NCBI RefSeq assembly: GCF_006345805.1
Contig: NC_042998.1
Coordinates: forward strand, 41,354,001 to 41,418,000
Direction of reading: 5' to 3'
Source of the DNA: Octopus sinensis
Taxonomy: Eukaryota
DNA: 64,000 bases
Within the stretch, counting starts at the first letter, position 1. Each line of letters begins with the position of its first letter. Below, one piece after another: positions 51,468 to 63,100 of this stretch. The translations under genes and the position numbers were made by a program. Under the pieces are notes generated by a model. That model was not told the origin of the DNA, did no database searches, and saw only the letters and a list, made by a program, of their open reading frames with translations.

Positions 51468-54400
51468 CTCATCTCAACCAATACGCTACTCTTTATAAGA
51501 GTTTGAATAGTCCATTCTTCCAATTCCCCAGGGGTGTCAATGACTCTTGCCACAGTATCTCCCCCTTTGAGATTGACTTCTGTTGGAAGTTAATATTATT
51601 ATTTTTATTTATTTTTCTGTCATCACATCTCCCTTTTTGAGATTTTCCTCCTAGGGAAGTTTGATATTTCTTCCATTTAGGCACTACTTCCAACCGTTCT
51701 CTTTGTTTCCTCTTTCTTGTGCTGCTACTCCTAGGTTTGATTCCTTATGGTCTTGGAACATCAAAAGTGTCATAGAACACTTCCATAGGTATCTCTTTTC
51801 TTTTTTCCATGTATCTATTTTTAGCTGGTTTAAATGTTATTTGTGTTCCCATTTTTCACTTCTTATTATATATGTCATTTTGCCTATTTTTTTTGTAACT
51901 ACTCCGTCTTCCCAACCTTGTCTTCCATTTTTATATATTTTGAAAAACACCTTGTCACCAATATTAAAATGCTTTGTCGTATATTTAGTGTTTTCCTTAC
52001 TGGTAGCAGCTTGTCAAAATTTGCCCCTTTCCTTTTTTTGAACAAACATTAGTTCTGCTGGCGCCTTGCCTGAAAAAGTGTTTGGGTTTGGTGTAATCCT
52101 ATAAACCCTCAAGAATTGTGTCAATGCTCTTTTAAATGTATCCACAAACCTTTCTGCTTGCCAATTTGATCTTGGGTGATACGGATGAGTAGTGATATGT
52201 TCAATTGAATACATCTTGCAAAAATTCTTAAATCATTCTCCATGCATTGTGTACTGTTATCAGAAACTATGGTATCCAGGACACCATACCTAGCAAAAAA
52301 TTTGTGTAGAAATTCCACTGTTACCAAAGATGTTGGTTTTCTACATTTACACATTTCTGGCCATTTTGAAAAGTCATCTACCCCTATTAGATAATATGAT
52401 TGGTTTAATGGTCCTGCGAAATCTATGTGTAGTCAGGACCTAGGAATATCGGTCTTGGGCCAAGGCTGAAATTTTATAGCTGGTGATTTCACTGCCAGAG
52501 CACAACCTCTGCAGGATTTTACCAACTTCTCAATATCTGATCCATTTTTGGCCAGTAAACATAACTCCTCATAAGCGACTTCATCCTAGAAATTCCTGGA
52601 TGACCAGTGTGGAATTCCTATAACATTCAACCTTGAAATGAGGTAAACATTACAACCCTCTGTGCATACATAAGCACATTATCACATATCGAATACAAAT
52701 TTAAAACTGTGTTACATCCAGCCACATGTTTTTTTTTTTTATTTGTTTCTTCTGATCTCACTATTTTTTTTATTCTTATGATAAACTCATCCATCTCTGC
52801 CTTAATTTTTATTTCCTCCAATGCCACAGGCAATTCGCACGCAACATTGCACAATATATTTTTTATTTAATTTTTGGCTTTTAAAACCACTATCACTGTG
52901 TCCTCTAGTGGTTCACTGTATTTTGGTTTTAACCTTGACAAACCATCTGCATATCCCAATTTTTTTTTATGGCAAATACTCCGTTTTGAAGTTGTAATTC
53001 AGTAGGATCGTTCTCCAGCATTGCAATCTGTTGGCTGTATGTGTGGGGATGCCTTTTTTTTTTATCCATAGATCGACAATAATGGAAAGTGGTCTATCTG
53101 CAGACGTAACTTTCTTCCACGTATAAATTTATGGAATTTTTTTACCACATATATGATGGCTAACGCCTCTTTTTCTATTTGACTGTAACTTTTCTCAGTC
53201 AGCAATAATGAACACAAAGCATTTTCAGGTTACTATCTCCATATTTGTGTAAAATCACAGCCACAATACCACTATCACTAGCATCTGCTGACGCTACTAT
53301 TTCTAAATACGAGTCACAATGTGATAACAACAATTCTGATGTTAAGATGTTTTTAATTTCTTCAAAAGCTTTTTGGCATTTGTCCAACCAGTTCCACTTA
53401 ATGTCTTTTTTTAACGAGTTATTCAGGGATGCTCTAAAATCGTGCATATTTGGTGTGTATACCTGTAGTAATTTGCAAGCCCCCAAAATGCTTGTAACAT
53501 TGTAATGTTTGTCAGGGGAGGTATATTTTTTATTGCACTCATCCTAGACAGGTCTTGTCTGTGTCTATTTTCATCAATAATCTGCCCTAGATATTTTATT
53601 CTTGGCGTAAAAATTCACTTTTCCTCACTGAGCTTAAATCTTTTATTCTTTCGAAGACCTTTTTAACATGCTCGGCATGCTGACCCTGACATTCCCTTTA
53701 TAAGAGTATATCGTCAAGATAAGCCACAGCGAAATCCGAACCTGCAAGCATAATGTCCATAACTTTCAATAATTTTGAATATTCCTCATAGACTTTTACC
53801 TCCAAATATGCTTCAATAGGTCCAACATTAAAAAAAATTTTCTTCTATTCAACTTTGTGAAAATTTCCTCCCAACTTGGTAATGGCTAATTATATAGCAT
53901 CAAACATTTGTTCAATCCCATTGAAAAATCATCGCATACTCAGATTTTATTATTTTTATTCTTGTCATAAACTGTTGGGGACACCCATTTTGTGTAATCT
54001 ATTTTTTTCAATGATGCCAAGCTTTTCAAATCTATCCAATTCTTCATTGACTTGTTTCAGCACTACAAAAAAGTACCATTTGTTTTGGTTTAAAAACTGG
54101 TATAGTCTTTTCTATCACTTGAAACTTCTCTTCTTCTTTGGTGCAAAGACCCAATTCCTCAGAAAAAAACTTTTTTTTTGGTCTTCTGATACCTTATTTG
54201 TACAGGCAGAAGAACTATTCACATTTTTACAAAAAATATTTATGGGGTGGTCCCATAAGTTAAATAGTTCCATCCAGTCTGTTCCAAATAAATTTGTCAT
54301 ATTTTTCAACATAAAAACTTTGACTTTCAAGGTTTTTCTACGAAATGTAACATCACTTATTTTGCTCATAAAATGCAATTTTTTTCCTGAAATACCTCGT

Positions 54401-55962
54401 GCAATTTTCAAAGTTTCCTTTAATCTAGGTTTCCCCATTTTTCTCCATGTATCTCTACTAATTATCATGATATCACTGCCCATATCAAATTGTAACTTGA
54501 TATTCCCATTATTCATTTTTATTAACAATACATTCTTTCTGGAATTTTTTTTTGTTTCACTATACAATGTGAGCTTTTTCCACACTCAAAGCATTTATGA
54601 TTTTTAAAAGGACAGTTACTTCTAAAATGTAAACCTCTGCTTCCGTAGCATGGATTAGGTCTTGATGTTCATTTTTTTCCTTTTTCTTATCCATTCATGG
54701 TCAACACGCATGTATCTGAGAGTAATCTTTTTCTTCAATTCCATCCACGTCATGTCTTAAATTTATAATCCTCTGGTATTCTTCAGCCAGTGCCTGTAGA
54801 TTTAATTTTTGGTTCTGTTCTAATTTTGTTAATATACAGGAACATATATCTGTATCTTTTCTTGCAGTTAAACCTTGAACAAAAATTACACATTTGAACA
54901 AATCCAGGGTTAATTCATTTAATTTGAATTTCTCACACACTGTTAACGACCCCAGCATAGGTGAAGAAATATTCTTCATCCTTTTTAACTAAATTTGAAA
55001 CTACCAATAAGTATTGAACATGGAACTTCTTTCATTGAAAATTCTCGATAATATATTAATTATTTTATTGAAATAAATCTCACCTGGTTTCTTCAGCAGA
55101 ATATAATTACAGTATTTTTCATGTTCAGTAGGGGATAGCTTTCTTAAAAGTAGTCACACCTTCTCATCATTCCAATTTTTACATTTTTCTTTGAAGGTTT
55201 CTTCATATCTTCTAAAATATGCAGAAAAAGTAGTACCTTCTTCTGGGTTATAAATAAATTCTCCAATTGAGTTTGCTACACCATCTAACGTGAATGAGCC
55301 TGAAGTATTTTCAGTCTCCTTCAACATTACTTCCACTAACTGTTGGTATTATTGTTGTTGTAACTGCTGTTGTTGCTGTTGCAACTGCACCATGCAAGCC
55401 AATAAGTCTTCCATGTTAATGATTTTTTCTCTTTGATTTCATACCAAAACAAAACTTTTAACAACCAACACAAGCTTCAAATATCTCGTTGCCATTTTTA
55501 TAACCTTGTTGTTGCCAGACTCTTAGGTAGTGTTGTTTTTTGCACACAGTACTCTTGTTTTTCATTGTAGTAAGCACTTGTTTTTCATTGTACTAAGCAC
55601 TCTTGTTTTTGCTCAAATAGACTTTAGTGCAATTTTTTAACCCCAAGAAGACATCTCTTCTAGTTGGTTAACACTGCACAGCTGCATCCGATATATTGTG
55701 AGCAGAGGAAATCAAACCCCTACCACATTCTAGTGTTGGGACCAGCACACAGTAATTCAAACAACTACCATTACAACAACTTACAGGTTTGGTGCAAGCT
55801 CAGTTCACACTAACACACCGGGTTTGGTGTGTGTTCAATGCAGAACTAATACACTGACTCTTACCAACTTATACTGAACTCTCATCTCAATACACTACTC
55901 TTTATAAGAGAGGGTTAGTCAATTCTTCCAATCCCCCAGGGATGACAATGACTCTCACCACA
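51468..55962 (-). mobile_element. Decayed Ty3/Gypsy LTR retrotransposon
   Basis: Minus-strand order: TG-starting LTR (55962), PBS-like TGGCAACGAG (55485-55494), gag, protease, RT, RNase H, integrase, polypurine tract (51555-51570), TG-starting LTR (51554). About 85 bp are shared between the LTRs (51468-51554 and 55881-55962). The left LTR may extend to ~51336. Confidence 0.9.
51700..55414 (-). pseudogene. Gypsy gag-pol pseudogene
   Basis: Gag (NSIGEFIYNPEEGTTFSAYFRRYEE), protease (LQFDMGSDIMIIS), RT (AYLDDIL ~53720), RNase H (ASADASDSGIVAVILH; EKEALAI-like), integrase (HTGHPG-like; HIDFAGP; SDNSTQ; HPYHPRSNWQAERFVDTFKRAL). Many stops and frameshifts. The PR-RT-RH-IN order defines Gypsy. Confidence 0.9.
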
Positions 55963-55974
55963 ACAATATGTATG

Positions 55975-56680
55975 TGTATAGATGCAAACAAACATTTGTT
56001 TTTATAAGCGTCAAAATGAGTATTGAATGATACAAATTAAATATTTTTTCAAATGCAGAATTGCCATTAGAAAGGCAGAAATACTGGATAAATTACCCTT
56101 ACAAAGCAGAAAAAATTTGTCAACAGCCACGGGACTTGAACCTATACCATCAGAGACTCCAGCTGAGTGCTTTACTATTAAGCTAAACTGGCTGCTGACA
56201 AATTCATATGTAATATGTAGCTAAATGTACAACTACATGTATAAATGTAAACAAACTAACTTGTTTTTATCAGCATTGAAATGTGTATTGAACAATACAA
56301 ATTATCAGAGGGCGGTTTAGGTTAATGGTAAAGCACTCAGCCAGAGTCTTTGAGAAACATGGGTTTGAGTGCCATGCCTAGTTGTTGACAAATTTTTCTG
56401 TTTTGTAAGGGTAATTTACCTAGTATTTCTGCTTTTCTAATGGTACTTCTGCATTCAAAAAGATATAATCTAATTTGTATCATTCAGTTCATATTTTGAT
56501 GCTTATAAAAGCAAATGTCAGTTTGTTTACATTTATACCCGTAGTTGTACATTTAGCTATATAGTGTCTAAAATTGCAGATGAATTTCTTAGCAAGCAAT
56601 TTAGCTTAATGGTACAGCATTCAGCCAGAGTATTTGAGGGACATGGGTTCATGTCCCATGGCTGCTTGTTAACAAATTTT
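55975..56680. repeat. Tandem ~285-bp repeat with tRNA-like head, split by an inversion at ~56305
   Basis: Heads at 56122-56195 (-), ~56310-56385 (+) and ~56592-56670 (+), each with an A-box-like TAG(C/G)TTAAT(A/G)GTA(A/C)AGC and a B-box-like GGTT(C/T)...CC. The bodies match in reverse complement. Confidence 0.8.
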
Positions 56681-56776
56681 TCTTTCTTTCTCTCTCCCCC
56701 TCTCTCTCTCTCAAACATACACACTATATATGTGTGCATGTGGGTATGTGCATGAATAAATATATATATATGAATA

Positions 56777-58078
56777 CTAGCTGACATATCCGGGAAAGCT
56801 TGGCTTATCCCTTGGTTCCATTCTCATAATTGTTTTGCTAATTCTGTAACGACAATACAAAGTATGTAGCCCTTAAGACGGTTTTTGTGCATTTATTGAA
56901 AATACTGAACTGTCTTACACAGGATCTTGTTTTTAGGAGTTCCCAATAAGTTATGAATACCCAAATTGTGAAGTCAGTTATGTAATTACATGAAATTAAT
57001 TACCCGATAGTAAGAATTCAAATAAAGTAGCCCCGAAAAAGGCTTTTATACATTCCCAGAGTATGTAGAACTTAGGAGGAAATACTGATAAGGTATGTAT
57101 ACTAAAATCGTGAAGCATGTTATATAATAACAGGCTAATCAGATATGAGATAATAACAATTCAAAGTAAATAACTCATAAAAAAGCTTTTGTACGTTCGC
57201 AGAGAATATTACCCTCAGTGGCGCTAGTGTTGGTATATTCGTGAATAAGTCACTAACCAAAATAAGTGGATCTATTGTCTACTTGTTTAAGTGTTGTACT
57301 GAATAAATTGTGAAAATAACTAAAATAAAATAGTTCAAATACTAAGAAATAAGCATACTCAATTTGATTTATATGAAATAATTTACAAGCATGAATGGGT
57401 TATATGAGGATCCCTTTTAGGAGTAAATGTTTAAAAATAATATATTACTTACTAGCAGTATCGCCCAGCGTTGCTCGGGTTTGTAAGGGAAATAACTATA
57501 TAAGCATTTTTAGAGAGTTATAGCAAAAAAATGCATTAAAAATGGAATAAAAAATGATGGTAATTAAATCGTTGACTCATCGTAGACATTTTTAGAGAGT
57601 TACTTCCCTTATATAATAGCGAAAAAATGCATTAAAATGGAAAAAATGATGGTAAATTTTTTTTTAAATCGTAGACTCATGTAGACGCTTTCTTAGCCAT
57701 TTCTGTTTTGGTGTCTTCAAGCCATGAAGTCGTTGTTCTAAAAGAACGCTGGTCTCCTTGACAACGCATTACGACGTTGATTTCCTTACACTCCTTTCCC
57801 CACAGGAGTAGGTGTGAGCGTGGATGCCAACTCCGCCGCCATCGACACACGAAAAAATATGCATTAAAATGGAATAAAAAATTATGTTAAATTATTTTTT
57901 AAATCGTAGACTCATCGTAGACGCGCGCTAATACCCAGACAGGCTCGATATGAATCACGACTATAAGATACCCGAATTTGGTTAAACTGCACCGCAAAAT
58001 GTGGGAGTAGTTAGGAATCTAAATCGAAGGGGACAGACACACACAACTACAGTTTTATATATATAGATATGTAGTAGA
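56777..58078 (-). mobile_element. Non-autonomous Helitron-like element, copy 2 (host of a nested insertion)
   Basis: Co-linear with 25177-25906 from CTAG (56777-56780) to ~57451, and resumes at 58068 with tatgtagtaga. Confidence 0.8.
57452..58067 (-). mobile_element. Second Helitron-like family nested in copy 2
   Basis: Minus strand A|TCTATATATATAAAA... 5' end, GC-rich subterminal hairpin-like cccgagcaacgctggg, CTAG|T 3' end. Three internal ~60-bp repeats (aatgcattaaaatggaa...aaatcgtagactcatcgtagac). Confidence 0.82.
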
Positions 58079-58489
58079 TATAAGAATTCCTTCCAGGGGC
58101 CCTATTATTGGCTTTTTCAACAATCTAAGTATGTCACTAGTTTTCCAGACATGAGTTCTACTCACATGTTAAGTTTCATCAAAATCGATAAACCGATATA
58201 GAAGGAGTTTGATAACAATGCCACAAACAAGCACACCCACAGATGTCCACATATGTAGTAGACACGCACACACACACATGTATATATATATATACTCTAT
58301 TAATAAAGCTGCAAAAACATCACCAAAACTGTTCCTCAGAGTTTTACATTCCCATTCGTCAGACAATCAAGAATGTGAAACTCTGAGTAACAGTTTTTGC
58401 AGCTTTATTAATAAAGCATATTACTCTACCTCCAGTATTCATGTACTATTTTTTCCACCTTGTTTCACATTTATGTTCTTACTCTGGTG

Positions 58490-58529
<40 letters not shown>

Positions 58530-60394
58530 CTCTTTTTTTAAGTATATATAAGACTATATTTATGTAGGTAGAGTATGATTGGAGGGAATGTCATTACTAT
58601 ATTCTCTAAGTTGTGTAAATGTGCAAAATGCTTCCCTCATTGACTCCAGTTCTATTTCATGTAGTGCTGAGACAAGTGGTTACATTTCCAACATGTTCTA
58701 TTCTGATTTTAGGGAAATTTGGCTGCTGTTTGTGGCAGGTTGCATGATGACACAAAGATCTCTCTTCATTGGCTTAACCTAAGCTTGCCTGTTGCTGTGT
58801 GTCTGAGACCAGTCTGTGCAAACAAAATATTCTGTATATCAAGAATTGTATTTTTTCATATAGCCCTTATTTAAGAAGATCAAATGTGATTTGTGTGAGA
58901 TTTGGCTATTATTTTAAGTACATTGAGCAGTCATGTGTTTAATGTATGTTCAACAAACTTGTCCATTTGTACATTTCTCTCTCTCTCATGTAGTTGTTGA
59001 ACTTAAGAGATGGGTTTCTCTGTTACTTCTGCAAAGTAGTTACAATGAGGAATATAGTGAGGTTTAAGTCAGCTAGGGGAGTTAGCTAAGGGGAGATTAT
59101 TTTTTTTACCTCACTCTCTCACACTTGTATACACACACATCTTGACGCATAACTATCAATATGTTAAAATCATATAAGTATAAGGTGGCAGATCCCACAG
59201 TAAGGTCTGAGCAAGTAGACTGTAACCCAGTTTCTACTTTAAATTTCAACAATTTCTTGTCTTTTACAACCCTAATGTTCTCAGGAAATGAATGTTCCAA
59301 CTCTTCATTCTCATCTAAAAGTTTTAGATTTTTAGATATGCTTCTTTATGATAATATTGTTTAATCCTTTTGTAGCCATATTTCTTATGAAATACTACAT
59401 TGTATTTGATGGTCCAGTTTAATGAAATAACAAACTTTTTTGTTATTTAAAGATACTTTTGTAAATTAAGATCAGTTATATTTCAGACATGAAAACCTAA
59501 AAATGGGGATTTATGTATTTTTTATTTCATTCTATTATAGGACCAGAATGGTCTTAGATATATTGTACCAATAACTTCTTACATATATGCAAAATAATGA
59601 GATAAGTGCCAGCTCTATACATCTGTGTATAGTTTGCATTCATCTTTAGATAGATAGACAGATAGATAGGTAGGTAGGCAGGCAGGCACCATAAATAGTT
59701 AATAAGGAATCTTACTGAATAAGATTCTTTCTCTGAACTGACCACTAGATAAATATCCAATGTAAGTTTGTCTGTAGGCATTTTTATTTTCTATATTGTC
59801 ACTGTTTAACATAGCCAAACCAATTTTTTCATTTCTTTCATTTATGTTTTATATTGACTACTAAGTGTTATATTGATGTGGCTTCCATTGTGTCTGAAAT
59901 CTTGATAGCAAAGGTTTGATTCTATCATGTCCAAACCAAAACTTTCATTGGTAATCTTCCTACTATATAATTATTTTTAATGTACATTAGTTTTGACAAA
60001 AATGCTACATTATTTTTCTTCATCAATAGAATATGCACTAATTCCGAGCATTTAAATGCAAACATTGCACATAGTAAAATATTGAAGATCTATATAAAAT
60101 ATAAATATACTAACGGTTAAAGTTTGCAGCAAATTCACATTGAAGCAGCAAAACTTTACCTCTACTTTTGTAACCAAATTTAGCTCTTTCCTAACAATTC
60201 TTTTTCCTATTCCATTCAATGTAATCGCAACAGGCAGATAAGAAATTAAGTTGTTAAATGTTATTTTGAAATTATAAATTTATCAATCATCTTTTAAAGT
60301 TGGCTTCAAAGTGACCCAAATGACTAATTGTTTAATGGTTTAGCATGAGAATGCCAACTTTAGCAAAGACCAGAATAGTTTTGTTTTATCTACT

Positions 60395-60585
60395 TTGTGA
60401 TGGTGCCACATAAAAAACATCCAGTACATTCTGTAAAGTGGTTGGTATTAGGAAGGGTATCCAGCTATAAAAACCAATCCAAAACAAACTATGAAACCTG
60501 GTGCAGCCCCTGGCCTTGCCAGTTCCTGTCAAGCCATCCAACTCATGCCTGCATGGAAAATGGATATTTGAAAATGGAACAAATT
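60395..60585 (+). mobile_element. RTE-tail / SINE family E copy
   Basis: gtggttggtattaggaagggtatccagctataaaaacc...cctggtgcagcc...catccaactcatgcctgcatggaaaatgga. Confidence 0.7.
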
Positions 60586-62224
60586 TGAAGAAGATATTCC
60601 TTAAACAAACTTAAACCTTCAGTGAAATCATCAAGTTTCATTGTCTATGCATTGCTTAATCAGAATTTTAAATTACTAATGTACCAGATATTTCAAAAAC
60701 ATTCTTACTTGTATTATCATTCTCCATTTATATATATTATTGGTCCATACTCAAAGTTCTAAAGTATAGTTCCCTAATTTTAAAAAGACAGCTTTTCATG
60801 CTTAATAAAACTCAGGATTTTCAGTTTTCATTTTTATTTTATGGTCATCAGTTTACTTGAGAATTCTTTCAAATATAGGTTCATATTTCTTTATTATTAT
60901 TCTTGCTACATTCCATATATATAATTTAAAATATTTTCAAACCCTAGCATTGTTATTTTATTAGTTATAGTAAATAAAATTAAATAAGACAGCATATATT
61001 TTTCATGTAATTGTCATGAGACAAACTAGAACAACAAATTGTTTTTCATTTCTAAATTTGATTACAAAATATGGATTCTTTAACCTTATATTGATTACAC
61101 TAGACCTCTTTCTAGCTTAATTAACTAGACATTTTACTATTTTTTATTAATAATTTAAAATTTTAAATTGCATGTTGTATTGAAAAATTAATTCATTATA
61201 ACAAAAGATGTTGAAATCAATTAAAATTTAGAAGCAACACAAATCCTTTTCTTTCTTTTTTTTTTACTGTAATTTAAGGTTTTTCATTGTTGAGAAAAAT
61301 ACATTGGTGCTAGTCAGTGCTAGAAACTAAAAATATTTGACAAATTTGCACACACAATAGATTATAAATTACATTTTCAAAGCTAAATACACTCTGTTAC
61401 TTTACATTCAACCTGAACTAATTCTTCAATGCAGTGTCTGTTGAATAAAGAGAAATAAAATTTAATGTCCGGGAATGTTCATCAGACAGAATCAAAGATA
61501 TTTGCTGCGGTTGAATAAATACTTAACCTCAATGACTAAATACGATTATTAATGGTTTATGAGAAAACAAGAGATTCAAGGGACTATATCCTTCTTTAAA
61601 AAAAAATTTTCTCTTACAGAGTAAGTGATAAAATTCATGAAATTAAATTAACCTTTGAATATTTTTCTTTATGTTTATATGACCAAACAATTTTCACTCC
61701 TTCCCTTCCTCTTTCTCAGCAGCTGTACAAACACAAACTAAAAATGTCTAACTAAAAGATAAAATACAGTTCAATATATAAAGAATTAAAGCAGCAATTA
61801 CTATGTTACATGCCACGTTTTTTTAATATTTTTAAATGTTTGACACTACCTCTAGTATCTTTGATACAAAACTACTTGTTTTAAAGTCTTTGTATCTAAA
61901 TTAAAACCTTCTAACATAATTCTATGTAAGATCTTTTTGTTACATTTTAAACACCAATGAAGTTATTCGACTAAGTGCCTCCAAATTCTTGATTATTTCC
62001 AAAATTAATTGAAAAATCATTACTAATGTATTTTATTAGATGTATTGTTCTGAAAGGGTTAAGAAGAAACAGAAATCTATTTTAGTTAAAGTTGCATTTT
62101 TGAAAGTAGAATATGTATATATATAAGTTCAGCAAAATTTAGATTCAAATGAATATGGTACTTAAGTTAGATGCACCAGAATTTTGAATGGTGTTATCCA
62201 TATAAATCCATGGGGTGATTATAA

Positions 62225-62545
62225 TCAAAATAAGCAACAAGAATAACTTTGGTAATTTGGTACGATCGTTTTGCACTACATCATTTTATTAAATGTTGTA
62301 AGCATTACAACAGTTTTAGAATACTTAACACTCATCAGCCATTAATAGAGGTTTTCCGTTAATACATAATTTTCATATCAAAATTATGTATTAATGAAAA
62401 TTATGTATTAATGGAAAACCTCTATTAATGGCTGATGAGTGCTCAGTATTTTAAAACTGTTGTAATGCTTACAACATTTAATAAAATGATGTAGTGCAAA
62501 ACGATCATACCAAATTACCAAAGTTATTCTTGTTGCTTATTTTGA
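62225..62545. repeat. Near-perfect 321-bp palindrome (about 150-bp arms)
   Basis: tcaaaataagcaacaagaataactttggtaatttgg... mirrored by ...ccaaattaccaaagttattcttgttgcttattttga, with only a few mismatches. A 17-bp tandem duplication (aaaattatgtattaatg) sits at the centre. Confidence 0.95.
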
Positions 62546-62574
62546 AGATATATATATATATATATAATGATATA

Positions 62575-63100
62575 TCATCATCATCATTGATGTCTTTATG
62601 TCCATTTTCCTTGCTGACCTAGGTTGAATGGTTCAATAAGATCCATCAGGTCAATGGATGCCATCTTACTCCAATATATCAGTTTTGGCATGGTTTCTGT
62701 GAATGGATCTTCTTCATAACATCATCCACTTTACAGTGTTCTGGTTGCTCTTATCATGGCACCACCATCCACCATTGATGAGGTAGCCTTGTAACTTGCA
62801 AAACTAACCAGCTTTCACTACAGAGGTAGAATAGGAGAAACGACGGTGACTTTTGGCTGGAGGTTAAGATTTTAAATTTTGATAGGAGAAACAGGCATAT
62901 TGAAGGCAGAGGGTGTTAATGAAGAAGCTAACAGACTATGTTAAGGGTATATATATTCACATTAGGCAGTGCATCCAGTTGTAGAAACCATGCCAAAGCA
63001 GATATTGGTGCTTGGTGCAGTCCTTTGGCTCATCAACTCCTGTCAAACTATCCAACCCATGCCAGTCTAGAAAAAAAAGACATTAAATGATGATGATGAT
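62575..63100. mobile_element. Two family E copies in opposite orientation (- ~62575-62765; + ~62960-63100)
   Basis: cagttttggcatggtttct is mirrored by agaaaccatgccaaagcag; (CAT)n and (GAT)n tails point outward. Confidence 0.6.

Noticed and set aside
53876-54607. 243-aa plus-strand ORF (longest in the track)
   Set aside because: Antisense shadow of the Gypsy protease/RT region.
56122-56195. Functional tRNA gene
   Set aside because: Extra bases before the D arm, no canonical 5-bp/7-nt anticodon arm, a T-stem mismatch, and it is part of a repeat array; reported as tRNA-like repeat only.
59106-59364. Overlapping short ORFs that might be a TE protein relic
   Set aside because: No recognisable domain or termini.
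61600-61626. ttttctcttacag-A-gtaagt, possible 1-nt microexon or recursive site
   Set aside because: One base separates AG and GT, so it is not an AG|GT recursive site, and a 1-nt exon would break the frame; likely chance.
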